Below are positions 23,591-33,142 of a DNA stretch of 33,142 nucleotides, piece by piece. The notes beneath the pieces were generated by a model. The model did no database searches and was not told where the DNA came from. It saw only the letters and a program-made list of their open reading frames with translations. Positions within the stretch are counted from its first letter, which is position 1, and each line of letters begins with the position of its first letter. The position numbers and the translations under genes are program-made. Source of the DNA: Chiloscyllium plagiosum (lineage: Eukaryota); contig NC_057718.1 of the NCBI RefSeq assembly GCF_004010195.1, forward strand, positions 99,621,822-99,654,963, given 5' to 3'.

Positions 23591-23604
23591 GCGCCCCCTT
23601 GTGG
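23591..23604 (-). promoter_or_regulatory. Candidate CTCF-binding core motif
   Basis: The minus strand reads CCACAAGGGGGCGC, one mismatch from CCACYAGGGGGCGC, in non-repeat sequence. Confidence 0.45.
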
Positions 23605-24266
23605 GTTCAGTTGGGACAACCACTGACACGGGTCTTCTGTTCACACACTCTGGACCCATGTGCATTTCTAACACAGACAGCTTTGCAAGTGTAAAACTGA
23701 TAGTCATTGCTACACGCCAGAAGAAGAGAAATTGTTATCAGTGTCACAACATAACCACAGCCGATTAATTCTGATTTGGCAACAGGCAGACTGAATAGTA
23801 TTTAAATACGCAGCAGCACCCAGGTTTAGAAAGCATGATTGAGCTCTACATAAAACTCTTCACCATCTGAACACCAGCCCAGATCAAGGTGCTGTCAGTA
23901 GGACCAGTACAGAGACTGGTGACCCTGCTCAGCAAAAGCCCTGTGTTGTCACCTCTGTGCTCAGAGGTCAGGCGTTACTTTTTTTATTTTGTGTGTTGAG
24001 TTTGTCATTGGCGGGCTCATTAAATCTTACTAGGCTTGAGAAGGTAGTGGTGAGCTGCCATTTTGAACTACTGCAGTCCTTCCATATACTAGAATTGATC
24101 TTTCTCTGCACCTTCTCTGTAGCTGTAACATTCTGTTCCATTACCCAGATATACTTAGGTAGGGTGCAATTCATTTCAATAGCACACAAAACAATACTTT
24201 TCACTGTATCTTGGTACATGTGGCAATAATCAATCAAATCAAGTTAAATATTCTGTAGATAGACCT

Positions 24267-24590
24267 GCATGGTGGCTCAGTGGTTAGCACTGCTGCCTCA
24301 CAGTGTCAGGGACCACGGTTTGATTCCACCCTCAGGTGACTGTCTGTGTGGAGTTTACACCCCGTGTCTGCGTGTGTTTCCTCCCACAATCCAATGATGT
24401 GCGTGTTAGGGTGAATTGGCCATGCTAAATTACCCTGTAATGTTCAAGGATGTGTAGATTAGGTGCATTAATCAGGGGTAAATGTAGAGTAATAGGGTAG
24501 GAGAATTGGTCTGGGCGGATTACTCTTTGGAGGGTCAGTGTGGACTTATTGGGCCAAATGGCCTGTTTCCACACTGTAGGGATTCTAAGT
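24267..24590 (+). mobile_element. HE1 SINE, near full length
   Basis: A/B boxes, V-domain and CR1 tail ggcctgtttccacactgtagggattcta. Confidence 0.95.
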
Positions 24591-24591
24591 T

Positions 24592-24965
24592 CAATGTTAT
24601 TAGGGAGGGAATATACAGGACTTTGACCCAGCGACAGTAAAGGAACAGCAATTATATTTCCAAGTCAGGATGGTGAGTGGCGTGGAGGGGAACTTGCAGG
24701 TGGTGGTGTTCCCATGCTGCCCTAGGAAGCGGTCATGAGTTTAGATTGTACTTTGGTAAGTTGCTTGTAGGTGGTACACACCACTAGCACTGGGCCCAGT
24801 GTTGGAGGGAGTAAATGCTGAAGGTGGCAGATGGGGTGCCAGTCAAGAGGGGCTGTTTTACCCTGGATGGTGTTGACCTTCCAGATAAGTGGGCAATATT
24901 TCATCACGCCTCTGACCTGGGTCTTATAGCAGGTAGACAGGCTATTGGGGGAGGGTCATGAGGCG
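24592..24965 (-). mobile_element. LINE fragment of the same family as 28360-28930
   Basis: The reverse complement aligns by eye with 28420-28800 (IQGKTA, catcctgacttggaaatata). Confidence 0.75.
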
Positions 24966-25372
24966 GTGACTGGGAGAGGAAATGGGTAACAGCTGGTGTT
25001 CCACTTTCCTGCTGCTTTTGGCAGTTACTTAGGAACTACTGGAGAGAGACTGAGGTCCATTTTACTCCTGCCTAGGTGTGCAGTGCTGCAGATAGATGGG
25101 TTTCTTGGTTGATTTTTGTGCCTGTTAGTTATGTTGCTTTTTGTTGCTCATCTTAACACAGCCAAAAATGCAGAAAATCCAATCTGGTTCTCTATTCTTT
25201 GGTCTGGAAATTGGCCAGGAACTGTCATACTCTGGACACCCCAGTTTGGGCTGTGCAGGGGGTAACAAATGACAATTTATCCTCACTCCACAATAATATA
25301 CTCACTGCAAACATTCAGTCCCCCCCACACCTTTGGGACAGCTCAATTCGGCACACACAGGCTGATATGTTA

Positions 25373-25845
25373 AAAATCACACAACACCGGGTTATAGTCC
25401 CACAGGTTTATTTAGAAGCACTAGCTTTCAGAGCACTGCTCCTTCATCAGGTAGCTGTGGAGCAGGATCACAGAATTTATAGCAAAAGATCACAGTGTCA
25501 TGCAACTGAAACGATATATTGAACAAACCTCGATTGCTGTTAAGTCTTTCATCTTTTAGAATGGGTTGTAGGTTTCGGTTCATTAAATCCCAGAACTTCT
25601 TTTAAGTCACATTCTCAAGATAACTTGAGGTTTTATAAAAAAAAGTAACATATCAGCTCAGACAATGCATTAAGGTGTGAGGTTACAGTGTGTCTCTATC
25701 CCAATCTTGAGTCAGACTGGTTCAATTTCCAAAGTAGGAATTTATGAAATATTACATGGACTGATTGCCTGCAGATTGTGTGCTTTTTGAGCAAAATAGA
25801 ATATATCTGCAAATATAATTCTGCAAATGCAAATTCACACCACAG
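25373..25845 (-). mobile_element. PLE-derived repeat, family 3
   Basis: Hammerhead near its 3' end, terminus ...ggactataacccggtgttgtgtgattttt, and a possible TSD ctgat(a/g)tgtta at 25362-25372 and 25847-25857. Confidence 0.7.
25418..25455 (-). ncRNA. Minimal type-I hammerhead ribozyme (PLE-associated)
   Basis: RNA 5'-GCUAC-CUGAUGA-A-GGAGC-agu-GCUCU-GAAA-GC-UA|GUGC: intact core, 5-bp stem II (one G-U), palindromic AGCU stem III and a short stem I. Confidence 0.7.
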
Positions 25846-26044
25846 ACTGATGTGTTAGACTGTCTGCCTCAACACGAATGTATTAACTCTCGTGATCCTC
25901 GATGGGTCAAAATAATCACATTTTTCAACCTAAATACTGGAGCTGCTATCAACTGTAAGCCTCACAGCTGACTGCATGTTACACAATGATACACAACAGC
26001 ATGGATGCACTCACTGTGGAATGGCAGAATGTGATTTTGAATTT

Positions 26045-26402
26045 TTTAAAAATTCATTCCCAGGATGAGCGTGTCGCTGGCTAGGCCAGCATTTATTGCC
26101 CATCCCTAATTGCCCAGAGGCGGTTAAGAGTCAACCACATTGCTGTGGGTCTGGAGTCACATTTAGACCAGACCAGGGTAGGGATAGCAATATCCTTCCC
26201 TAAAGTACATTAGTGAATGAGATGGTTTTTTTTTTCCCCTAACAATTGACAATGGATTCATGGTCATCATTAGACTCTCTCTTGTTAATTTTTTAAAAAT
26301 TGAATTGAAGTTCAATTTGCCATGGGTGGAATTTTGGTTCCCAGAGTATTACGTGGGTTTCTGGATGAAGAGTCCAACAATAATACGACTAGGCGATCAC
26401 CT
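26045..26402 (-). mobile_element. SINE family B, full length
   Basis: Reverse complement of 16075-16428. Confidence 0.85.
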
Positions 26403-26707
26403 CTCTCTGCTATCCTGGATGTGAACGTGCATCGCGATGTGACAATATCATTTTTAATTTTTGAAAATAATGTACAGTGTCTCTCAGTCCAGCCCTGGGG
26501 CTGAGGCAATTGGACAAAGGGGTGACAGGGTTAGCAGGGAAGGGAGTGTTGTGTAAGGTAATGGTTATGAAAGGGTTAACCTGTGAGCTAAGTGAAGTTC
26601 CGCCGACTCTGATACATTGTGCAGTTACTGGGCCGGGTATCAGGCAGTTTTGGACACTCATTGTCCATAAGGCAGGAGCCCACGTGTTCTATGTGCTTCT
26701 TTTTTTA

Positions 26708-27011
26708 AATAGAGTGCATACGGGTGTGGAAACAGGCCGTTCAGGCCAACAAGTCCATACCGACCCTCCGAAGAGCAACCCACCCAGACCCAATTCCCCT
26801 AACCTAACTAAGGCAGCTAACCTACACATCCCTGAACACTATGGGCAATTTAATCATGGCCAATCCACCCTAACATCTTTGGACTGCCGGAGGAAACCCA
26901 CACAGACATGGAGAGGGTGTGCAAACTCCACACAACAGTCCCCCGAGGCTGGAATCAAACCTGGGTCCCTGGTGCTGGGAGGCAGCAATGCTAACCACTG
27001 AGCCACCATGC
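26708..27011 (-). mobile_element. HE1 SINE
   Basis: Head, V-domain and tail present in reverse. Confidence 0.9.
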
Positions 27012-27504
27012 AATAGTACTCATAGCCCAGACTTAATGTAACCCATATATGTCTATAGTTGCTGAGATGTAATAAATTACATTTTGTTCCCTAAGACAGG
27101 CATCTCTTCTAATGAGAGTTATTCCTGGACCATCCCTCTTCTGTTGGTCCATGGTCTATCTTCCACCACAACCAACTGAACAGCCCATAAGACTGGCATA
27201 GGAGAGGTGACTGGGAGCAACTCTTTACCACTGTTTGGGTCTTGACAGAGTGTGGATTCCTTCCTTTAAGTTAATTGGTTCAGATGCAATATGAACACCT
27301 CTGGCATAGGTGGGATTTGAGCCCCAGTTCTTCTATCCTAAAGATGGGGATACTACCACTGCAATAAGGATCCCTCCAGCTGATGCATTTTATTGCAACA
27401 GGGCAACAACAATTCCCTTCTCGTCGGTGTTAGAACAGGGAGCTGGATGAACTTTGAACTTTCAAAGTTGAAAATTCGTTAGTTGTAATGGCTTGAGAGG
27501 AACC

Positions 27505-27792
27505 CTAGCACTGCAGCCTCACAGCACCAGGGTCCCAGGTTCGATTCCACCCTCGGGTGACTGTCTGTGTGGAGTTTGCACGTTCTCCCTGTCTCTATGT
27601 GGGTTTCCTCCAGGTGCTCTGGCTTCCTCCCACAGTCCAAAGATGTGCAGGTTAGGGTGGATTGGCCATAGGAGATTGACCAGTGTTCAGGCAAGGTGGA
27701 TTAGCCATGGAAAATGCAGGGTTACAGGGATAAGGTGGGGTGCTCTTCAGAGAGCTGGAGTGGGCTGAATGGCCTGTGGGGTTTCTATGATT
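27505..27792 (+). mobile_element. HE1 SINE
   Basis: B box ggttcgattcc and V-domain. Confidence 0.9.
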
Positions 27793-27994
27793 TTATCAGG
27801 CACTAGGCTCCTAACTAACACATTTCAGTTAGAGTTATAACGCAGCGAAGTCATTTTCGTAAAATGGCTTGGAAGAATAAATTTGACCAAAAGCAGGTAC
27901 AATGCGAGGCAATTCCAATGGGTCAATAGTGTGTCTCACTGTGAGGAGGATGAGCTGAAAACAGAAAAGCACAACAGGCTTCAGGAAACCTTCA

Positions 27995-28245
27995 GCAAAG
28001 AATAGCACCATGGATGATGGTGTTCTCCAAGGATTAGTGTTAGGAGGTAGCAATTGATAGTGTCCAGAATCTGTTCCTTTGGTATGTTGACTTCAGCCCA
28101 CAGAAGAGCTTTTCACCTCACAGTGTGTCGTGATAACAGTATCACTGCGGGAGATAAGAGGATTGAAGAGGCTCGATGTAGACGCGACCTCGATAAGATG
28201 GGTCTGTTTTCAGTCAAGGCAAATTGTTCAAGCCTGGTACTTGAG
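27995..28245 (+). mobile_element. Very old CR1 RT remnant
   Basis: GVLQGLVLG (~GVPQGSVLG), CRDNSITAG (~FADDTKLGG) and RRDLDKMG (~QRDLDRLG) occur in the expected order and spacing. Confidence 0.55.
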
Positions 28246-28359
28246 GGGTCGGCCTGGCCAGGGGTGCTGAAGTAAGAAGCAGCCAACTCTCCAGGTTAAC
28301 ACACTGGGGGCACAGTGATTAACAATGATATGGAAGCACTGATAGAGGCTGGAAACACC

Positions 28360-28930
28360 ACGGCAAGTAACTCACCTCCTAACTGCCCCAAAAGCCTGTC
28401 CCACCATCCACAAGGCATGAGTCAGGAGAGTGATGGAATACTCCCCACTTGACTGGATGGGTGCAGCTCCAACAACACTCAACACCATCCAGGACAAAGC
28501 AGCCCCCGCTTGATTGGCAACACATCCACAAACATCCCCCCCCCCCACTCCCACAACACCCCCCACCCCCACCACCACCGATGCTCAGTAGCAGCAATGT
28601 GTACCAGCTACAACAACTCACCAAGGCTCCTTCAACAACACATTCTAACCTCTACCATCTAGAAGGACAAGGGCAGCAGATACATGGGAGCACCACCCCT
28701 CTGTAAGTTCCCCTCCAAGCCCCTCACCATCCTGAGTTGGAAATATATCACCGTTCCTTCACTGTTGCTGGGTCAAAATCCTGCAATTCCCTCCCTAAGG
28801 GCATTGTGGGTCAACCCACAGCACACGGACTGCAGCGGTTCAAGAAGGCAGCTCACCCCCACCTTCTCAAGGGGCAACTAGGGACAGGCAATAAATGCTG
28901 GGCCCAGCCAGTGGTGTGTTCATCCCATTA
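28360..28930 (+). mobile_element. CR1/L2/Jockey-group LINE 3' fragment, probable partner of SINE family B
   Basis: SLSTIHKA*VRRVMEYSPLDWMGAAPTTLNTIQDKAAPLDW and VAGSKSCNSLPKGIVGQPTAHGLQRFKKAAH. The tail ggcaactagggacaggcaataaatgctgg is shared with SINE B. Confidence 0.8.
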
Positions 28931-29142
28931 AAGAATTTGTAAGAAAAACAAACAGAACTGATGAATACAGGTTACTCACTGGATCTCAAGGCCATCACTA
29001 CAAGATAGTCACTAATGTGCAATTCAGGAGAAACGTGCTAACCCAGAGTTTGCTTAAGAAGTGGAACTAACTACAGTCAGAAGGGGTTGCGGCAAATACA
29101 TTTAAGGAGAAGCTGGGAAAATGCACAGACGGGTATGGAAGG

Positions 29143-29665
29143 GCATAGGTTTAAGGTGAGAGGGGGATGATTTAAAAGGGACACAAGGGGCAACGTTTTA
29201 ACACAGAGGGTGGTGTGTGAATGGAATGAGCTGCCAGAGGAAGTGGTGGAGGCTGGTACAATTACAACATTTAAAAGGCATCTGGATGGAGATATGAATA
29301 GGAAGGGTTTAGGGAATATGGGCCAAATGCTGGCAAATGTGACTAGATTAATTTAGGATATCTGGTCAGCCTGAGAAGGTGAGGACTGCAGATGCTAGAG
29401 ATTACAGTCGAGAGTGTGGTGCTGGAAAAGCACAGCAGATCAGGCAGCATCTGAGGAGAAGGAGAATAGACGTTTTAGATATAAGCTCTTCATCAGGTTT
29501 CATTCCTGATGAAGGATTTTTCCCTGAAACATTGATTCTCCTGCTCCTCGGATGCTGCCCGACCTGCTGTGCTTTTCCAGCACCACACTCTCGTATCTGG
29601 TCCGCATGGACGAGTTGGACCGAAGAGTCGGTTTCTGTGCTGTACATCTCGGCGACTCTATCTCT
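29143..29665 (+). mobile_element. CR1/HER1 3' fragment interrupted by a PLE inverted pair
   Basis: HRFKVRGG*FKRDTRGNVLTQRVVCEWNELPEEVVEAGT. The 3' UTR resumes at 29594. Confidence 0.9.
29371..29593. mobile_element. PLE family-1 inverted pair with back-to-back decayed hammerheads
   Basis: ...cttcatcagg-tttcatt-cctgatgaag... at the centre. TSD tatctggtc(a/c)gc at 29359-29370 and 29594-29605. Confidence 0.9.
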
Positions 29666-29675
29666 GTCGTAAACA

Positions 29676-29870
29676 TGTGGTCGATAAAGTGTGACTCTGG
29701 AAAAAGTGCAGCAGGTCAAGCCGCATCAGAGGAGCAGGAGAGTCAACATTTCAGGTCCTGATGAAGTGTGCTGGCCTGCTCCTCAGATGCTGCCCGACCT
29801 GCTGTGCTTTTCCAGCACCACACATTATCCACTCTGACCTTCCAGCATCTGCAGTCCTCACTATCTCCAA
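29676..29870. mobile_element. PLE family-1 inverted pair (older)
   Basis: Minus arm ~29680-29756, plus arm starting tcctgatgaag at 29756. Possible TSD gtaaaca at 29669-29675 and 29871-29877. Confidence 0.8.
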
Positions 29871-31032
29871 GTAAACACTTATTGTGAGATTTTACCCTGT
29901 GCTCCTTGACTCTATATCAAGGGGAAACAACCCTTCTGCACCTATCCTGTCAATCCCCTTCAGAATCTTGGGTATTTAAATAAGGCTGCCTCTAATTCTT
30001 CTATATTCCAATGAGTACACATCCAATCTACTCCAGCTCTCCTCGTAAGACAGTCCCTCCATTCCTGAAAGCAGCCTAGTTATCCTTCTCCAGACATCCT
30101 CCAATGTCAATATATCTTTCCTTTGATAAGGATCACCCATTCCCGACATCCCTATCCAAGATCAACCTCCACCCTGGGAATTCTCACACAGTTGCCCACC
30201 GAGAGGTGACGCTGAAAGGGTCAGTGTTTCTCAGTTCTGTCCCCTTCACCTCCATCCACTTCTTCCCAATGATGGAGCTCTTTTCCCACACTCTGCTGTA
30301 GGCGCAGCGAGTGACGAGCCAAGCCAGGACTCAGGTCACGAAAGCCAACTCCTTTTGGACAAACTCTGCTTCCTTGGGATTCAGTTTCACCCCAGGACAA
30401 GGTAAAGGGAGACCCTCAGAAACACGTGGACTCCCCCAGGGATTTTAAGCTGTCCTGAGAGAGGCCGCCCAGAAACTGCTTACCTGACACGGGCATGATG
30501 TGAAATTAAAGAACACTTCAGCTGTGTAACAGGTCGTGATAGGAGCTCATTAGTTTCAGAGTCTATCCCAGACTCTTTGCTGCCTTTCCCCCTATAAATC
30601 AAAACTTTCTCCGATGTGCTCATTCTGCTGCCTTGGCATTCCAATGGTCTGAGATTCAACCATCTCAACGTTGGCTTTCTGCAGCGGTGTGGAATGTGGT
30701 TCCTGCCCCTTCCTTGACCTTGGGAACCCATGAGCCAAGAACTACAAACAGATGGACTTTGTTTTAATTTTTTTATGTATGATTTTTGTTATTAATACAG
30801 GCACCTAGAGTAATGCAGCCTGGTAGCTCAGTGGGTAGCACTGCTGCCTCACGGCGCCAGGGACCTGGGTTCAATTCCACCCTCAGGTGACTGTTGGTGT
30901 GTTCTCTGAGGGTTTGCTCTGGTTTCCTCCCACAGTCAAAATGTGCAGGTTAGGGTGGATTGGCTGTGCTGAATTGCCCTGTAGTGTCCAGGTTAGCCTG
31001 GTTAGGTGGGTTAGCCATGGGAAATGCCTGAT

Positions 31033-31664
31033 AGAACATAGAACAATACAGCACAGAACAGGCCCTTCGGCCCTCGATGTAGCGCCGACCTGTGAACTAT
31101 TCTCAGCTCGTCCCCCTACGCTATCCCAAGGACTGCTTATCCAAGGACTGTTTAAATCTCCCTAATGTGCCTGAGTTAACTATGTTGGCAGGTAGGGCAT
31201 TCCATGCCCTTGCCACTCTCTGAGTAAAGAACCTGCCTCTGACATCTGTCTTAAATCTATCACCCCTCAATTTGTAGTTATACCCCCTCGTACACGCTAA
31301 CGACATCATCCTAGGAAAAAGACTCCCACTCTCCACCCTATCTAATCCTCTGATCATCTTGTATGTCTCTATTAAATCCCCTCTTAGCTTCCTTCTGTCC
31401 AATGAGAACAGACCCAAGTCCCTCGACCTTCACTCCAGACCAGACAACATCCTGGTAAATCTCCTCTGCACCTTTTCCAATGCATCCACATCCTTCCAGT
31501 AATGTGGCGACCAGAACTGTACACAATATTCCAGATGCAGCTGCACCAGCGTTTTGTATAGTTGCAGCATGATATTGCGGCTCCGGAACTCAATCCCTCT
31601 ACCAGTGAAACCTAACACACCATATGCCTTCTTAACAGCACTATCCACCTGGATGGCAACTTTC
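31033..31664 (-). mobile_element. CR1/HER1 LINE 3' fragment
   Basis: VKKAYGVLGFTGRGIEFRSRNIMLQLYKTLVQLHLEYCVQFWSPHYWKDV and LRGDLIETYKMIRGLDRV...WNALP, with a (atgttct)n tail. Confidence 0.95.
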
Positions 31665-31792
31665 AGGGCTTTTGCCTGAAATGTTAAGGTTTTTTTTCCC
31701 CACTGCTCCTCAGATGCTGCCTGACCTGCCATGCTTTTCCAGCACCACACTCTCGACTCTAATCTCCAGTATCTGCAGCCCTCACGTTCCCT
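31665..31792 (+). mobile_element. PLE family-1 short repeat (its first bases ctgat stranded at 31028-31032)
   Basis: agggcttttgcctgaaatgtt...gatgctgcctgacctg...ctccagtatctgcagccctcac. Confidence 0.8.
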
Positions 31793-32344
31793 ATGGGAAA
31801 TGCAAGGCCACTGGGATTGAGTAGGATGCTCGTTGGAAGGCTGGGATGGGCTGAATGGCCTGCTCCCACACTGTGGGGATTCTACGACTTAAACACTTTT
31901 CACTGTATTTTTTTGTATAAATGCAAATGACAATAAAAGACAGTTCTGTTCTATTCTCAGGGAGAAAAATCTACTATTACAGAATTAAATGTTCCTTTGG
32001 AAAAGCTCTGTCCTTTTCAGAGACTGTCCTCTTTGATCGCTCTGTGGTACAGTACTTGAAGTTCTGCTGGTTAAGCACACCAGGGGCTAAATCTTCACCA
32101 AGATTCATCAGAACGTCCCTGACTCAAGGCTGGTGGGGGAAACCATGCGATCAACGATCGAAGATTGAGCACGTTCGTATTTTTGGGCAGCATATCCCAG
32201 GGATGTCTCGGAATTACGGCCACACGGATTCCAGTCCAGGTTTTCCAATCTCCCTGACAGCCTGTCGCAAAGCCACTCCTCAGAGAGGGAGGTGGGAGAA
32301 GGAGCGGGGGAGTGGGAAGAGGGAAGAGGAGGCTTAATTGGAGA

Positions 32345-33020
32345 GATGGGGCTTCCCTACTTTGGTGGGAAAGCAATTGGTGACAGAGTTGTATCACTCA
32401 GCAAGTATTTGGGATTTGGAATGTACCACCTGGAAAGGTGGGGGAGGCGGGTTTGATTGTGGCATTGTAGAGGGGCACTGGATGGTTATTGGAATAGAAA
32501 TGGTGTGCAGGGGGATGGGGAAAGGGCAGGAGTTTGGCGCAAGGGGATAGAACCAGTGCAGGCACGAAGGGATGAATGGCCTCTTTCTGTATCTTAATAA
32601 TTCTTTGATTCTGTGGAAAATTGTCAACCTGAAGCCACTGAGTATTTCAGGCATTTTCCTGACATTGTGACCCCAGATTTTCAGCTCCTGCAACGTTTCA
32701 TTTGTGTGGGGAAACATGTCCAAACGTGTGATTGAAGAGGAAGGTTTTAAGCTACTGGGGAGACTATGACATGGTGGCACTGTCATGGGATCTATATTCC
32801 AGCATGTCTCCCATCTCACCTCCCACACTCCCTTAATGCTGTGGGATTGCGCTGCTTGGCAGATGGCGCAATTCGACAGTGAGTAAACTGAAGGAGGGGT
32901 TAGACAGATTTTTAATGGGTTGAAGGGATACGGGTTGAAGGCTGGAAAATGGGGGTCAGAAACATATCATCCATGATCGAATAGTGGAGCACACTCAATG
33001 GGCAGAATGACCCAATGAAC
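32345..33020 (+). mobile_element. Two decayed CR1 3' fragments (~32345-32610 and ~32875-33020)
   Basis: tggaatgtaccacctggaaagg...gaatggcctctttctgt and gacagatttttaatgggttgaagggata...ccatgatcgaatagtggagc. Confidence 0.65.
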
Positions 33021-33142
33021 TAATGAAGGTATCACAGGGACATGAGGGATGGGGGAGGCATTGGGAGAATATGGTAGGGGGATTTGGGGCATGAGAGAGA
33101 GAATGGGTTGGAGGGTTTGGAGGGTGAGACAGATAATGGGTT

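Larger units (their letters stand above)
30815..31890 (+). mobile_element. HE1 SINE (30815-31027 and 31793-31890) interrupted by PLE plus CR1
   Basis: The SINE is colinear across the insert, with TSD atgggaaatgc at 31017-31027 and 31793-31803. Confidence 0.85.

Noticed and set aside
27835..27955. Minus-strand acceptor (cttttctgttttcag) followed by a 39-codon frame
   Set aside because: No recognisable protein, and it lies between a SINE and an old CR1 remnant.
25491..28316. cacagtg heptamers suggesting Ig/TCR recombination signals
   Set aside because: No acaaaaacc-like nonamer at 12 or 22/23 bp, and no V/D/J coding segments.
32095..32397. Minus-strand ORF with LRR-like LPKNTNVLNL after a polypyrimidine tract
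   Set aside because: A single short resemblance with no repeat periodicity and no convincing donor.

Overview
Eukaryotic, repeat-dense non-coding DNA (intronic or intergenic), almost certainly from a cartilaginous fish. The evidence is abundant HE1-type V-SINEs sharing 3' tails with CR1/HER1-type LINEs; the narrower guess of a carpet/bamboo shark is only inference. No intact host gene, tRNA, rRNA or CRISPR array is supportable, and the recognisable ORFs in the track are decayed retroelement pieces or chance frames. The window holds about 15 CR1 fragments, about 12 HE1 SINEs, two other tRNA-headed SINE families, single Tx1-clade L1, Rex1/Babar and RTE 3' fragments, a hairpin-forming minisatellite and a 600-bp TG-rich tract. 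The most interesting signal is about ten short Penelope-like (PLE)-derived insertions from three families that carry minimal type-I hammerhead ribozyme motifs (CUGAUGA...GAAA..UH). Two have intact cores (11691-11718 +, 25418-25455 -), and three insertions are inverted pairs whose junction lies at the ribozyme. Several multi-level nestings have readable target-site duplications (TSDs). A strong CTCF-like motif and a few weak candidate exons lie in unique sequence. Repeat boundaries were read by eye and are approximate, and family names come from recognition, not database search.
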